DNA from: an uncultured delta proteobacterium | Lineage (GTDB): Bacteria > Myxococcota_A > Polyangia > Polyangiales > Polyangiaceae | Reading direction: 5' to 3' | NCBI GenBank assembly: GCA_963841435.1 | Contig: CAWJCS010000004.1 | Span: 832,001 to 896,000, forward strand | DNA: 64,000 bases | Shown: piece after piece, positions 11,572-23,018 of the stretch | Layout of the letters: each line of letters begins with the position of its first letter | Position numbering within the stretch: position 1 is the first letter of the stretch | The notes under the pieces: generated by a model | What the model saw: the letters and a program-made list of their open reading frames with translations, nothing else | Database searches by the model: none | Told to the model about the DNA's origin: nothing | Translations under genes and position numbers: made by a program

Positions 11572-12694
11572 GTGGACGAACGCATCGACGGAGCGACTCG
11601 TGGAAGCGACGCAACGGCGGGAACGGACCGCCTGATCGCCGTCTGGCTGTTGGCCGTAGCGGCGATGGTGCTCGTCATGGTCGTCCTCGGCGGCCTCACC
11701 CGGCTCACCCATTCCGGGCTCTCGATGGTCGAATGGCAGCCGCTCACCGGCTGGCTGCCGCCGCTGAGCGAGGACGGCTGGCAGGCCCAGTTTGCCGCCT
11801 ATCAGCGCTATCCCGAGTTCCGCCTGCTCAATCCGGACATGACGCCGGCCCAGTTCAAGTCGATCTTCTGGCTGGAGTACGTTCACCGGTTGTGGGGGCG
11901 GATGATCGGCGTGGCTTTCTTCGCGCCCTTCCTCGTCTTTCTCATCCAAGGGCGGATCCGCGGCCGCCTCGCCGCCGGCTGCGCCGTCCTATTCGTCCTC
12001 GGCGCGCTGCAAGGGGTGCTCGGGTGGTTCATGGTCGAGAGCGGCCTGATCGAGAACCCCGATGTCAGCCCCTACCGGCTCACCGCGCACTTCATCTTGG
12101 CGCTTCTTCTTCTTGGTGCGCTCGTCTTAACCGCGCTCGGCGTGCTCTATCCGACGCTCCCCGGCGGTCGCGGCGGGCGTCTGCGGACGGCGCCGCTGGC
12201 CCTCGTCCTGCTCATCCTGGCGACCCTCACCTCCGGCGGCTTCGTCGCCGGCACCGATGCGGGCTACCACTTCAATACGTTCCCGCTGATGGACGGACGA
12301 CTGATCCCGGAGGATCTGTTCGTCCTTGATCCGGCCTGGCGCAACGCCTTCGAAAACGTGCCGCTCGTCCAGTTGATCCATCGGCTCCTGGCGGTCACGA
12401 CGCTGCTGGCGGTGATCGGCTGGCGGATCGCATCGGCGCCGACTGCCGGCCACCGGGCGAGGGCGGCTCGCCGGCAATCTGCTCGTCGCCGCGGTTCTGG
12501 TTCAGGTCGCGCTCGGCATCGCAACCCTTCTCCTCCACATGCCGATTGGTCTTGCCGCGTGGCATCAGGCGAACGGCGTCCTCGTCTGGGCGCTGGCGCT
12601 GTGGGTTCTGTTCGAGACGCGGGTAACGCCGCGCACGCTTCGAGAGGCAACCGGCGGCAAAACCATCGGCGAAGGGGCTTCGCGGCCCGCCTGA
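11572..12694 (+). CDS. ctaA: Heme A synthase COX15/CtaA (frameshift near 3' end)
   Basis: GGLTRLTHSGLSMVEW; FWLEYVHRLWGR; VSPYRLTAH; FVAGTDAGYHFNTFPLMDG. Confidence 0.92.
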
Positions 12695-12800
12695 GGCGTC
12701 ATCTTTCTCCCCACGCGCCTTAATTTTGCGACACCCGGGTGCGGAGGATTGGTTGAAGCGGGGGTTTTCCCTATACTCACGATAACAGGGCGGATAAACG

Positions 12801-14417
12801 ATGCGAGCGATCGGGCATTCCCGGGTTCGCAAGCCCGGCGCGGCCGAGACGCGAGCGAGGATGATCAGGTTCGGGTGTAACGTGGCGTCAGATCAACTGT
12901 CTGCATCAAACCGACGGTCTTCGACCCGGGCATCGCTGCGCCGCGGCCTTCTTGCTTTCACCGCCGTCGCCGCCTTCGCCGCCGGATTGCTTCCGGCGCT
13001 TTCCGGCTGTGCCGACGAGACTCCCTCGTTTCAGCGGATCGCGGAAGCCGTCGGCATCGATCCCTACCGCGCGTCTTCCGAGACCAATCGCGAACTCAAT
13101 CGCTTCAACGATGTCTTCGCCCTCTATGCCTCGGACCCGCAGAACAATCGGCAGCTCAAGCAGTTCCGCGACGCCTTCAAGCGCGTCCGCACCTCCTATG
13201 TCGAAGACGTTTCGGATGCCAAGCTGATCGATGCCGCCGTCGAGGGCGTCAAGGCGCAGAACCCGCAGCCGCATTCGATGAAGGCGGCGGAGCTGGTGGA
13301 GACGGCGCTGGACGCCATCACCGCGTCGCTCGACCCGCACTCGGCCTACCTCAATCCCGACGAACTGCGCGAATCCGAGCTGGTGACATCCGGCGAATTC
13401 GGCGGACTCGGCCTGCAGGTGACCCAGGAGGACGGCAAGCTGAAGGTCATCTCGCCGATCGAGGGGACTCCGGCCGACCGCGCCGGCCTCAAGCCGGGCG
13501 ACGTGATCAGCCACCTCGACGGCAAACCGGTCGAGGGGATGAGCCTGCGCAACGCCGTCAACGCCATGCGCGGCAAGCCCGGCACCGCGGTCAAGCTGAC
13601 CATCCAGCGCGACCAGGAACAGCCGTTCGACGTCTCCGTTACCCGCGCCGTCATCACCATCGAGCCGGTGCGCTGGCACATGGAAACCGACGTCGCCTAC
13701 CTCCGCGTCGTCAGCTTCAACGAGCGGACGGCGGAGGCGGTGGAGGCGGCGCTGAAGGACATCCGCGCCCGCCAGGGCGGCGATCTCCGCGGCATTGTCC
13801 TCGATCTTCGCAACAATCCGGGCGGGCTGCTCGATCAGTCGCTGGCGGTCGCCGATGATTTCCTCGAAGAGGGGGTGATCGTCACCATCCGCGGCCGCGA
13901 ACACGGCAGCGACCGCACCTTCTGGGCGAGTTCGGGCGACATGGCCCGAGAGATACCGTTGGTCGTCCTCGTCAATGCCGGCTCCGCATCGGCGTCCGAG
14001 ATCGTCGCCGCGGCGCTGCAGGATCACAATCGGGCAACGGTGATGGGTGCGCGCACCTTCGGCAAAGGCTCGGTGCAGACGGTCATGCGGCTGCCGATCG
14101 AAGGTGCGTTGAAGCTGACGACGGCGCTGTATTACGCGCCTTCCGGCGAGGCGATCCAGGCGCAGGGAGTGGTTCCCGATATCCAGCTCGTCGGCGCCCC
14201 CGCCGCCGAGGACGAATCGCACGAGGCCGACCTTCCGCACGCACTGCCGCCGCAGAGCCAGAACCGCCACGTCTCGCGGGCGACCGTCGAGGTCTCCAAG
14301 TGCCCGGAGATCGGCGAGGCCAAGGACCGCGAACTCGGCTGCGCGCTGTCGTTCCTGCACGCCGGCGGCTCGACCGATCGCTTTCTCGCCGCCCTCGCTC
14401 AAAAGGCGAAACTGTAG
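12801..14417 (+). CDS. ctpA: S41 carboxy-terminal processing protease
   Basis: LDPHSAY; GEFGGLG PDZ; LDLRNNPGGLL; SASASEIVA; TFGKGSVQT. Confidence 0.93.
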   Translation: MRAIGHSRVRKPGAAETRARMIRFGCNVASDQLSASNRRSSTRASLRRGLLAFTAVAAFAAGLLPALSGCADETPSFQRIAEAVGIDPYRASSETNRELNRFNDVFALYASDPQNNRQLKQFRDAFKRVRTSYVEDVSDAKLIDAAVEGVKAQNPQPHSMKAAELVETALDAITASLDPHSAYLNPDELRESELVTSGEFGGLGLQVTQEDGKLKVISPIEGTPADRAGLKPGDVISHLDGKPVEGMSLRNAVNAMRGKPGTAVKLTIQRDQEQPFDVSVTRAVITIEPVRWHMETDVAYLRVVSFNERTAEAVEAALKDIRARQGGDLRGIVLDLRNNPGGLLDQSLAVADDFLEEGVIVTIRGREHGSDRTFWASSGDMAREIPLVVLVNAGSASASEIVAAALQDHNRATVMGARTFGKGSVQTVMRLPIEGALKLTTALYYAPSGEAIQAQGVVPDIQLVGAPAAEDESHEADLPHALPPQSQNRHVSRATVEVSKCPEIGEAKDRELGCALSFLHAGGSTDRFLAALAQKAKL

Positions 14418-14432
14418 GCGCTCCGCGGGCCT

Positions 14433-15264
14433 TCAGTAGCCCCACTCGGTGGCTCGCTGACGCAGCGTCGCTTGCGGAACGGCAACGACCGACGCTCGTC
14501 GATAGCGGGCGAGCAGGCGATTGTAGGTGCCGTCTTCCTGCATCGCCCGGAACGCCGCCTGCCAGCGCGCCGCTTCGTCGTCGGAAACGTCCTTTGAAGC
14601 GGCGAGGTAGATGTCGCTCTGCCGGACGATTTCGCCGAAATTCAGGGCCGCCGTGTCGCCGCCGACGAGCCGCGTGGCGTAGAAAATCATCAGCCGTGGC
14701 GCCAACCAGCCGTCGATCAGCCGCTCACGGAGGTCGAGCGCATTCAGCCATTCCTCCGGGCGGGCCACGATGCGGGTGAAGCCACGTTCCTCGAGCAGCC
14801 GCTCCGCCCCGCTCGTGCGCAGAACGCCGACCGGCCGGTTTTTCAACGCATCGAGCGTCGAGACATCGACTCCGGTGCCGCCGACGACAACCAGGTCGTC
14901 GACGACGATCCGAACCAGCCAGCGGTAATGATCTTCCCGCTCGGGGCTGCGGGTCAGGGCCAGTATGCCGATGTTCGGCTGCGACATCGCCAGTTGCTGC
15001 GCCGCCGTCCAGCCCATGAACTCGATTTGTCCGGAGTGGCCGATACGTGCGGCCATTTCCCGCACCGTGTCGTAGACCACGCCTTCGGCCCGGCCGCGGG
15101 TTTCGCTCACCGCGGTCATCAGCGGCGGCGGGTCGTGGTAGCAATAGGGCGGCAACTCGGCGGTCACCAGCCGAAGCTCTTCGGCGCGTGGCTGCGGTGC
15201 AGCCAGAAGATTGGAGCCAGAAGATGAGGAGGAGGACGGGGAGCGTGGCCAGGCGGAGACGCAT
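14433..15264 (-). CDS. Amino-acid ABC-type substrate-binding protein, family 3 (frameshift after signal peptide)
   Basis: Signal peptide MRLRLATLPVLLLIFW; VTAELPPY; LTRSPEREDHYRW; AMQEDGTY. Confidence 0.8.
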
Positions 15265-15275
15265 CGGCGGATTCC

Positions 15276-16661
15276 TCAAAACGAGCCGAAGGTGATTCCG
15301 AGCACCATGACGACGACGGTCGCCAACACCGGGCCGATGACGCTGCAGACCAGGATGTCGAGATACGACTGACGGTGCGTCAGCCCGCAGATGGCGAGCA
15401 AGGTGATCACCGCGCCGTTGTGCGGCAGCGAATCGAAGCCGCCGGACGACATCGAGGCGACCCGGGCGAGCAGTTCGAGCGATGTCCCGTCGACCCGCGC
15501 CTCGCCGATGAACTGTTCGCTCATCGCCTGCAACGCGATCGAAAGCCCACCCGACGCGGACCCGGTGATCCCGGCGAGGACATTGACGGCGAGGAAGACG
15601 CCGACCACCGGGTTGGTGGCGACCGTTGCCATCGCATCGCGGACGATGGCGAAGGCCGGCAAGCTGGCGATCACAGACCCATAGCCGACCTCGGACGCCG
15701 TGTTGAAGATCGGCAGCATGGCGCCGAACGTGCCTTTGTTGATGGTTTCCACCACGCTCTTGAGGCGCGACCAGTTGAGCAGCACGCAAACGAGGGAGGC
15801 AATCAGCACCGCGCTGACGATCGACCAGATGGTCAGCACGCCGGAGAGCTTGGTCGCGCCATATCTCGGTTCGGCGAGGAAGCCGGTGTCCATCGCCGGA
15901 AACACGACCTTCGAGAAGAGATAATTGAGGCCGATGACGAGAAGGATCGGGATGATTGCGACGAAGAACGGCGGCAGCGGGCCGGTTTCGGCCGCCGCTG
16001 CCGGCGCCTCGTCGTGGATGCCGTAGCCCTCGCCCTTCCTGCGCGCCGAGTGCGCCCGCCACTGCAGCCAGAGCATGCCGAGGACGAACATCAAGACGCC
16101 GCCGATGGCGCCGAGACCGGGGGCGGCGAACGGAGTGGTACCGAAGAACGGCCCTGGAATGGCGTTCTGGATGGAGGGGGTGCCGGGCAAGGCCGTCATC
16201 GTGAAGGTAAACGCGCCGAGGGCGATGGCGCCCGGCAAAAGACGCTTCGGCACATCACCCGCTTTGAGCAGTGCGGCGCCGACCGGATAAACGGCAAAGG
16301 CCACGACGAACAGGGACACGCCGCCGTAGGTGAGGACACCGCAGGCGAGCACGATGGCGAGAAGCGCCCTCTCGGCGCCGACATGTTCGGCGATGCGTTC
16401 GGCAATGACGCGCGCCGAGCCGGAATCGTCCATCACCTTGCCGAAGATCGCGCCAAGCATGAACAACGGGAAGAACTTGGCGAGATATTTGCCGAGTTCG
16501 ACCATGAAAACCTGCGTGTAGGTGCCGAGCAGCGGCGTGTCACCGGCGAAAATCACCGCCACGGTCGCACAGATCGGTGCCAGAAACAGGACGTTGATGC
16601 CCCTGTAGGCGAGATAGATAAGGAGGGCGAGGGAAAGGACGATGCCGATAACGCCGAGCAT
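15276..16661 (-). CDS. GntP family permease
   Basis: Multi-TM; FTMTALPGTPSIQNAIP; AGITGSASGGLSIAL; DSLPHNGAVITLL. Confidence 0.88.
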   Translation of the reverse strand: MLGVIGIVLSLALLIYLAYRGINVLFLAPICATVAVIFAGDTPLLGTYTQVFMVELGKYLAKFFPLFMLGAIFGKVMDDSGSARVIAERIAEHVGAERALLAIVLACGVLTYGGVSLFVVAFAVYPVGAALLKAGDVPKRLLPGAIALGAFTFTMTALPGTPSIQNAIPGPFFGTTPFAAPGLGAIGGVLMFVLGMLWLQWRAHSARRKGEGYGIHDEAPAAAAETGPLPPFFVAIIPILLVIGLNYLFSKVVFPAMDTGFLAEPRYGATKLSGVLTIWSIVSAVLIASLVCVLLNWSRLKSVVETINKGTFGAMLPIFNTASEVGYGSVIASLPAFAIVRDAMATVATNPVVGVFLAVNVLAGITGSASGGLSIALQAMSEQFIGEARVDGTSLELLARVASMSSGGFDSLPHNGAVITLLAICGLTHRQSYLDILVCSVIGPVLATVVVMVLGITFGSF

Positions 16662-16789
16662 GATGAGTGCCTCCTGCGCGCTTTTTTTTCCGCGATCGGG
16701 TCGGTCCCGCGATCGGGTCGGGACGAACGGTCCCGTTCGTATTCGGCCTTGATCCAAGCGTAGCAGCGGCAACCCGCAGAGTCTCGCGT

Positions 16790-17355
16790 TCAGGGACGCG
16801 GACCCGGCGGCGGGCGCAACAGATCCGAGGTGACCTGGCGGACAAGGGCGAGAAAGTGCCGATCGTTCGGCCCGTCGCTTCGGCCGAGGCGGCCGCTCAC
16901 GTCGGCGAGCAACCGGTCTCCGTCGCAGAACACCGCCTGCATGCGAATCCCGCCCGCGACCTCAGGCGAGCCCCCGCCTCGACGTCGCCGCAGCCGGCCC
17001 TGCCGCCGCCGTTGAAGACGACGACGATGCGCAGGCCGCGGCCGACGCTTTCCGCCGGAACGAGAACGAAGCGGGCGTTGCGGTTCCAGGTGATCGCCTC
17101 GGCCATCGTTTTGACCACGGTTTCGGCGACACGCGCCGGCGCCTCGGCGAACGCCCGGCCGGCGACGACGACGGGCAGCGGCATGGCCCCTTGCGCGATC
17201 GCCCACGGATCCTCGATGCGGAAGGCGACCGTCGTGATCGGCACGTCGTCGCAGCCGGCGACGAGCGCAGGCAGGAGGAAGGTCAGCAGGCGGAGAACAG
17301 ACCGGCCAAGAACGCGCATCGCCGACCTCCGCAACCAAATCCGCGGGGCCCGCAT
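16790..17355 (-). CDS. Hypothetical lipoprotein (frameshifted)
   Basis: Hydrophobic stretch ending in lipobox LVAGC; co-oriented downstream of lexA. Confidence 0.55.
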
Positions 17356-17376
17356 CGCCAGGCGCCGAGGCCGGCC

Positions 17377-18123
17377 TCAGTAGGTGCGGATGAGGGCGAC
17401 GAGACGGCCCTGAACCTTGACCTGCTCGGGGCCGCAGATGCGGGTCTCGTACTTGGGGTTGGCGGGTTCGAGGGCAATCGAGTTGCCGCGCCGGCGCAGA
17501 CGCTTCAGCGTCACCTCCTCGTTGTCGACGAGGGCGACGACGATCGCGCCGTTATCGGCATTGTCGGTGCGCTCGATGATCACCGTATCGCCGTCGAAGA
17601 TTCCGGCCTCGATCATCGAATCGCCTTCGACCTCGAGCGCGTAGTGCTCGTTGCGGGAGATCAGCTCCTGCGAGACATCGATACTCCTCGACTGGTCGCG
17701 CAGCGCCGTGATCGGCGTTCCGGCGGCGATCTTCCCGTACAGCGGCAAGGTGACGATGCCCCGCGGCGGCGCCGCTTCCGGTTCCGGCTCGGGCGAGCGG
17801 AAATCGTGGCGGATGACGTTCGACGGCAGCCGTTCCGAGGGCGGGAGAGCCCGGATGCCGCGGTTGCGGCAGAGGCCGGGCCTGTTGCCGGTTCGCTGCC
17901 GCCGATGTTGCTCGGCATGCGAATGATTTCGAGCGCGCGCGCCCGATGCGGCAGGCGGCGGATGAACCCCCGTTCCTCAAGGCCGGTGATCAGCCGATGG
18001 ATTCCCGACTTTGAGCGCAGCCCGAGCGCCTCCTTCATCTCGTCGAAGGAGGGTGGCACCCCAGCCTCCTGCAGAGCGCCGACTGATGAACATCAAGAGC
18101 TCATGCTGTTTGCGTGTGAGCAT
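17377..18123 (-). CDS. lexA: SOS repressor LexA (frameshifted)
   Basis: [61 protein letters not shown] cleavage site; GDSM; TLKR. Confidence 0.96.
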
Positions 18124-18208
18124 CGACCTCTCCTACCAACCCTGTAATTCCCCGTGGGCCACGCACCGGTTGAGTCCGGTCGCGCCGAGTTCCTTTGCGC
18201 AGAATTTA

Positions 18209-18248
18209 GAACAAAAACCAAACCGGGCGCAATGTTCTATTTTGGTTC
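18209..18248. promoter_or_regulatory. Two alphaproteobacterial LexA (SOS) boxes upstream of lexA
   Basis: GAAC-aaaaacc-AAAC at 18209-18223 (one mismatch) and perfect GTTC-tattttg-GTTC at 18234-18248. Confidence 0.88.
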
Positions 18249-18355
18249 CGCAAATGCGTAAGAAAAAATCAGCGGATTTCCGGCCGCTCCGCCTCGGAAA
18301 ATCACCGGACAGGTGCAGGAGGCGATGAATTCCGCAGCCGGGTCGGCGCGGGCGA

Positions 18356-19577
18356 TCAGCCGAGAAGCAGAATCGGCACGGTTTCGCCGGCGGCGGCGGC
18401 GGGGGCCGAGGGCGGGCGGACGATCAGGGCGTCGGCCGCGGCGTAGAGGCGGAGCAGGGCGCTGTCCTGGCGCAAGAACGGTGCGGCCAGCGGCAATCGG
18501 CCGGGACGTGGCGTCAGGGTCGCGCGCAGGTAGTCCTCGCGGGCATCGTTGGCGGCGAGGTTTTCGGCGAGTTCGGCCGGGTGTTCGATCAGGCGGGCCG
18601 CCTCGGCCGGTTCCCAAGGCCGAGGAGGGCGGCGATCAGCGGGACGAGGAAGAGCCGCGCGGTGACGCCGGCGGAAACCGGATTGCCCGGCAGCACGAGC
18701 ACCGGCATCGCCGGGAGGGCCTGGGTCAGATGGCCGAAGCCGAGCGGTTTGCCGGGGCGCATCGCTACCCGGTTGAACGCCGGCCGGAAGCCGGCGTCGT
18801 TGAGGACGCCCCGAACCAGGTCGTAGTCGCCGACCGAGGCGCCACCGATGGTGACGAGCGCATCGGCGCCGGCGGCCTCCGCCAGGGCGCGCGGCGATGG
18901 CGTCGCGATCGTCGCCGACTACACCGAGGTCAATGGGCAGGCCGCCGGCCCGACGGACCTCTCCCGCGAGGAGGAGCGAGTTGGCGTTGACCAGCCGGCC
19001 GGTGCCGTCGGCCTCGCCCGGCAGAGCCAGTTCGTCGCCGGTGGCGAGGATGGCGATGCGGGGCCGGCGCCGGACTTTCAGCCAGACCGCACCGGCGGCG
19101 GCGGCGAGGGCGACGCCGCGGGCATCGAGGCGCCGGCCGGCGGCGAGCAGACTTTCGCCGGCCCGAAAATCGCCGGCCGCCGGGCGAACGAAGCGACCGG
19201 GCGGCGGCGCCGCGCGGATGGTCACCCAGCCCTCGGCCGCCTCGGTCTCCTCCTGGATGACGATGGTATCGGCATCCGCCGGCAGCGCCGCGCCGGTAAA
19301 GATGCGCATCGCCTCGCCCGAGCCCACGGCGGGGGTCTCGCCGCCGCCGGCCTGGGCAACGCCGACGACGCGCAGCCGGGTCGGCAGAGATCGCCACATC
19401 CGGGCCGCGCACGGCATAGCCGTCCATCGCCGAGACCGCCGCCGCCGGCTGGTCACGGCGGGCGACGACATCATCGGCAAGGACGCGATCGAAGGCATCG
19501 CCGAGGCCGACCAGTTCTCCCGGCAACGGCTTCACCCCGGCAACGACCAGGCGCCGCGCCGTCCGCACATCGATCAA
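18356..19577 (-). CDS. moeA: Molybdopterin molybdotransferase (frameshifted)
   Basis: SAMDGYAV; AMRIFTGAALPADADTIVIQEE; ILATGDEL; QDSALL. Confidence 0.92.
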
Positions 19578-20054
19578 GGTTCGCCCCGGAAGCTGCCTGA
19601 GCGGCCGCCCGCCTTCTCCAGCAGACGCAGATCGGTGATCCGCATGTCGCGGTCGAGCGCCTTGCACATGTCGTAGAGGGTCAGTGCCGCCACCGCCGCC
19701 GCGGTCAGCGCCTCCATCTCGACCCCGGTGCGGCCGGCGACCCGGCATGTGGTCCGGACATGAATGGCGGGACCGGCCGGATCAAGTTCGAAGCCACCGA
19801 GATGTCGGTCAGCGCCAGCGGGATGGCAGAGCGGGATCAGCTCATGCGTGCGCTTCGCCGCCAGAATGCCGGCGATGCGGGCGGTGGCGAAGATGTCGCC
19901 CTTCGCGGTTTCGCCACCGGCGATCGCCCGGAAGGTCGGCTCGGCCATCACCAGTGAGGCGCCGGCGACGGCATGGCGGTCGCTGATCGCTCTTCGCCGA
20001 GACATCGACCATCCGTACCCGGCCGGCCGCGTCAACGTGGGTAAAGCCGCTCAT
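19574..20054 (-). CDS. moaC: Cyclic pyranopterin monophosphate synthase (frameshifted)
   Basis: FTHVDAAGRVRMVDVSAK; ELIPLCHP; TGVEMEALT; YDMCKALDR. Confidence 0.95.
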
Positions 20055-20791
20055 TCGGCCGACGCAGCACTCGCCTCGGCCGGTTCCCATCCCTGTCCGG
20101 TGTAGAGCTGCAGCGGCTGGAACCTGGTCTTGTAGGCCATTTTCGTCGTCTCGGCGATCCAGAAGCCGAGGTAGACGTAGCCGAGCGGTATCGCCCGCGT
20201 CTTCTTGATCAGCTCGAGAATAAGGAACGTCCCGAGGCTGCGCCGCGGCTGATCCGCGGCAAAGAAGCTGTAGACGGCGGACAGGCCGTCGCAGACGACG
20301 TCGAAGATGGCGCAGGCGACCAGCTTTCCGCAGCGATCGCGGGCTTCGAGGACGCCGGTGCGCACCGGGGTCTGCTCGATCAGCGACTGGTAATCGGGGA
20401 ACGCCATCTTTGCCATCTCGCCCTGGTCGTGACGGATGTTCTGATAGGTGATGAACAGCCGGTACTGCTCCTTTGTCGCGATCGCCGCGCGTTCGCTGAT
20501 GACGAGATCGGCGTTGCGGGCGAGCACCCGGCGGTGTCCGCGGCCCGGCCGGAAACGGACGGCGTCGACGCGGACCGGGACGCAGGCCTGACAGCCATGG
20601 CAGATCGGCGCGTAGGCCAACGTGTGACTGCGCCGGAAGCCGGCTTGCGACAGGGCATCGTGGATGGCGACGGCGTCGCGGCGCGAGAGATCGGTCACCA
20701 GCCGTCGTTCATGCCGGTCCGGCAGATAGGGGCACGGCTGCGGCGAGGTCGCGAAAAAGGCGAGCGGGGCAGGGGCGAGCAGAGAGTTCAT
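20051..20791 (-). CDS. ate: Arginyl-tRNA--protein transferase-like (Asp/Glu leucyltransferase Bpt family)
   Basis: PCPYLPDRHER; GFRRSH; CHGCQAC; GLSAVYSFF; YVYLGFWI...KMAYK. Confidence 0.9.
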   Translation of the reverse strand: MNSLLAPAPLAFFATSPQPCPYLPDRHERRLVTDLSRRDAVAIHDALSQAGFRRSHTLAYAPICHGCQACVPVRVDAVRFRPGRGHRRVLARNADLVISERAAIATKEQYRLFITYQNIRHDQGEMAKMAFPDYQSLIEQTPVRTGVLEARDRCGKLVACAIFDVVCDGLSAVYSFFAADQPRRSLGTFLILELIKKTRAIPLGYVYLGFWIAETTKMAYKTRFQPLQLYTGQGWEPAEASAASAE

Positions 20792-20888
20792 GCGGCGCGC
20801 TCTGGATTCCCTCCACGTCTCGGGCCCGCGCGGGCAAGGGAAGCGACGCAGCCCGACCGCCTCTAGAAGTGATCGAACCTTACGCATG

Positions 20889-21795
20889 CTAACTCACCCC
20901 GGTTCCGCGCAGAAGCGTAATCGACAAGCCGGCGATTGCCCGGCGCCTCGGGAGCGTCGGGGAACAAGCGGCACCGTCGCCGCGCGGCCGATCGACCTTG
21001 TCGACGCGGGCGTCCGCGAGCCCCATCTCGACCAGCGCCCGGCGGGCGGCGTTCGCCCGATCGGACGACAGTTCCCAGTTGCCGTAGCCCGGACAGGTTG
21101 GCGAACGGCTTGGCGTCGGTATGGCCGGCGACCTCGATGTGCTGCGGCATCGTCCGGATCGCATTGGCGACGAGTTCGAGGATCTTGCGCGTGTACTGGT
21201 ACATGACCGCCTCGCCGCTCGGAAACATCGGCAGCCCGTCCTGATCGACGATCTGGATCCGCAGCCCCTCCGGCGTCTCTTCGATGATCAGGCTCTTGGC
21301 CAGGGCCTTCAGTTCGGGGTTGCTTTCGAGCCCCTTGCGAATGGCGTTCTCGACCTCGGCGAACTGGGCGCGATCGGAGACGGCCGGCCGCTGCCGGGCC
21401 GCCGTACGGGCGACCGGCCCCGGCGCCGCTCGCGTCCGCGCGCGTCGTCGTCGGCGGCACCGGCGTTCGATCCGCCTCCGTCGTCCGCTGCCCGGGCGCG
21501 AATGGCGATGTGCGGCCGACGGATCGCGGCTGTCGAACACGCCCTTGGCGGCGACGACGTTGCCGGCGAGGAGACCGCCGCCACCGCTCGTCGTCGTGTG
21601 CTTGTTGATCGGCGCGAAATAGTCGGAAATGCCTTCCAGCTGCTCCTGGCTGACCGCGTTCAGAAGCCAGAGCAAGAGGAAGAACGCCATCATCGCGGTG
21701 ACGAAGTCGGCATAGGCGACCTTCCAGGCTCCGCCGTGATGGCCGCCGCCGTGTCCCTTGCCGTTCCGCCGCCGATGGGGCCCGCCACCCGTCAT
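20889..21795 (-). CDS. motB: Flagellar stator protein MotB (frameshifted)
   Basis: HHGGAWKVAYADFVTAMMAFFLLLWL; EGLRIQIVDQ; GHTDA; NWELSSDRANAARR. Confidence 0.93.
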
Positions 21796-21805
21796 ATCGT
21801 CGGCC

Positions 21806-22665
21806 TCAGACCTGGATCGTGCTCAGCTTCTCGTCGAGCTCGACGAACGTCGGTCTGCAGCTTGGTTGCGATCGTCTTCCGCGCGAACTCGACCGAGATC
21901 TGCGGAGCGTAGCCCTGGGTGTGGGCGACGAGCGCCGTCTTCGTTGCCTCCAGAACGTGTTCGTCGGCGCCGAGCCGGGCCTCGAGCGCCTTGCCGATCG
22001 GTGCGACGAATCCGTACGCGGCGAGCACGCCCGAGAACGTGCCGACAAGGGCGGCGCCGATGAGATGGCCGAGGACCTCGGGCGGCTCGGTGATCGCGCC
22101 CATCGTGTGGATGACGCCGAGCACGGCGGCGACGATCCCGAGCGCCGGCAGACCGTCGGCGGCGGTGGACGACGACACCGGAGACGGCGCCGTGGTGGTG
22201 GCGGTGCGCGTCGATCTCGGCGTCCATGATCGCCTCGAGCTCATAGGGATTGTGCGAGCCGAGGGTGAGCAGGCGAAGATTGTCGCAGATGAACTCCATC
22301 AGCACGCCACGCCTGGCGATCTCCCCATAGGCCTGGAAGATCGCGCTTTCGGCAGGCTTCTCGATGTGCGCTTCGAGAGCGATGTCGCCCTTGCTCTTCG
22401 CCACCTTGAACAGCGAATAAAGCGTCGAGAGGAGATCGACGTAGGTGGCCTTGCTGGCGGCGCCGCCCTTGACGATCAGCGGCAGCGACGCCAGCAGCGA
22501 TTTCAGCACCGGCGCCGGCGTGCCGGTGATCATGCCGCCCAGCATCGCGCCGAAGATGATCAGAAACTCGAACGGCTGCCAGAGAACGGCGATGTGGCCG
22601 CCGCCTGCGAGGAAGCCGCCGGCGACACAGCCGAGAACGACGATGATACCGATCAGAACGAGCAT
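21806..22665 (-). CDS. motA: Flagellar stator protein MotA (frameshifted)
   Basis: LWQPFEFLIIFGA; LEAHIEKP; ADGLPALGIVAAVLGVIHTM; GAALVGTFSG; VEFARK. Confidence 0.93.
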
Positions 22666-22946
22666 GTCTGCCTATGCGCCGGAGCCCGGAACCGCGTGGT
22701 CCCGGCCGCCGGGCGCGACCGGTTGCGGCCGAACTTGCCGGCCGCGCCCTCGTGTTTAGGGCAGATCGGCTTTGTGATTGGTTAACCGGTGCGCGAAGAC
22801 CGCATAGGCAAGGCAGTTCCGGCACCGGTGAGCGACGCTGCGCCACCGGGGTCGCGAGCGGTCGGGGGCGGTCGGGCCGCGGCGCTTGTGTTTCAGAATT
22901 CCTCGCAATAGCATCGGAGCATACGGCGCCGCCGGGGGCGTCGGCG

Positions 22947-22985
22947 AAGGCGCAAAGCCATCGGGACAAGGCGCAAAGCCATCGG
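22947..22985. repeat. Perfect 18-bp direct repeat, 21-bp period, upstream of pdhA
   Basis: AAGGCGCAAAGCCATCGG at 22947-22964 and 22968-22985. Confidence 0.8.
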
Positions 22986-23018
22986 TTTTCTGTGCTTCCC
23001 AGCTGAGGAGATGATGCG

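Noticed and set aside
8914-11949. 1011-aa ORF as one protein
   Set aside because: The first ~450 aa are off-frame cobA and antisense ctaA sequence; the real protein starts near 10587
20889-22665. motAB as Zorya zorAB defence genes
   Set aside because: Canonical MotA length and MotB WKVAYADFVTAMMAFF motif; no long ZorA tail and no zorC/D/E
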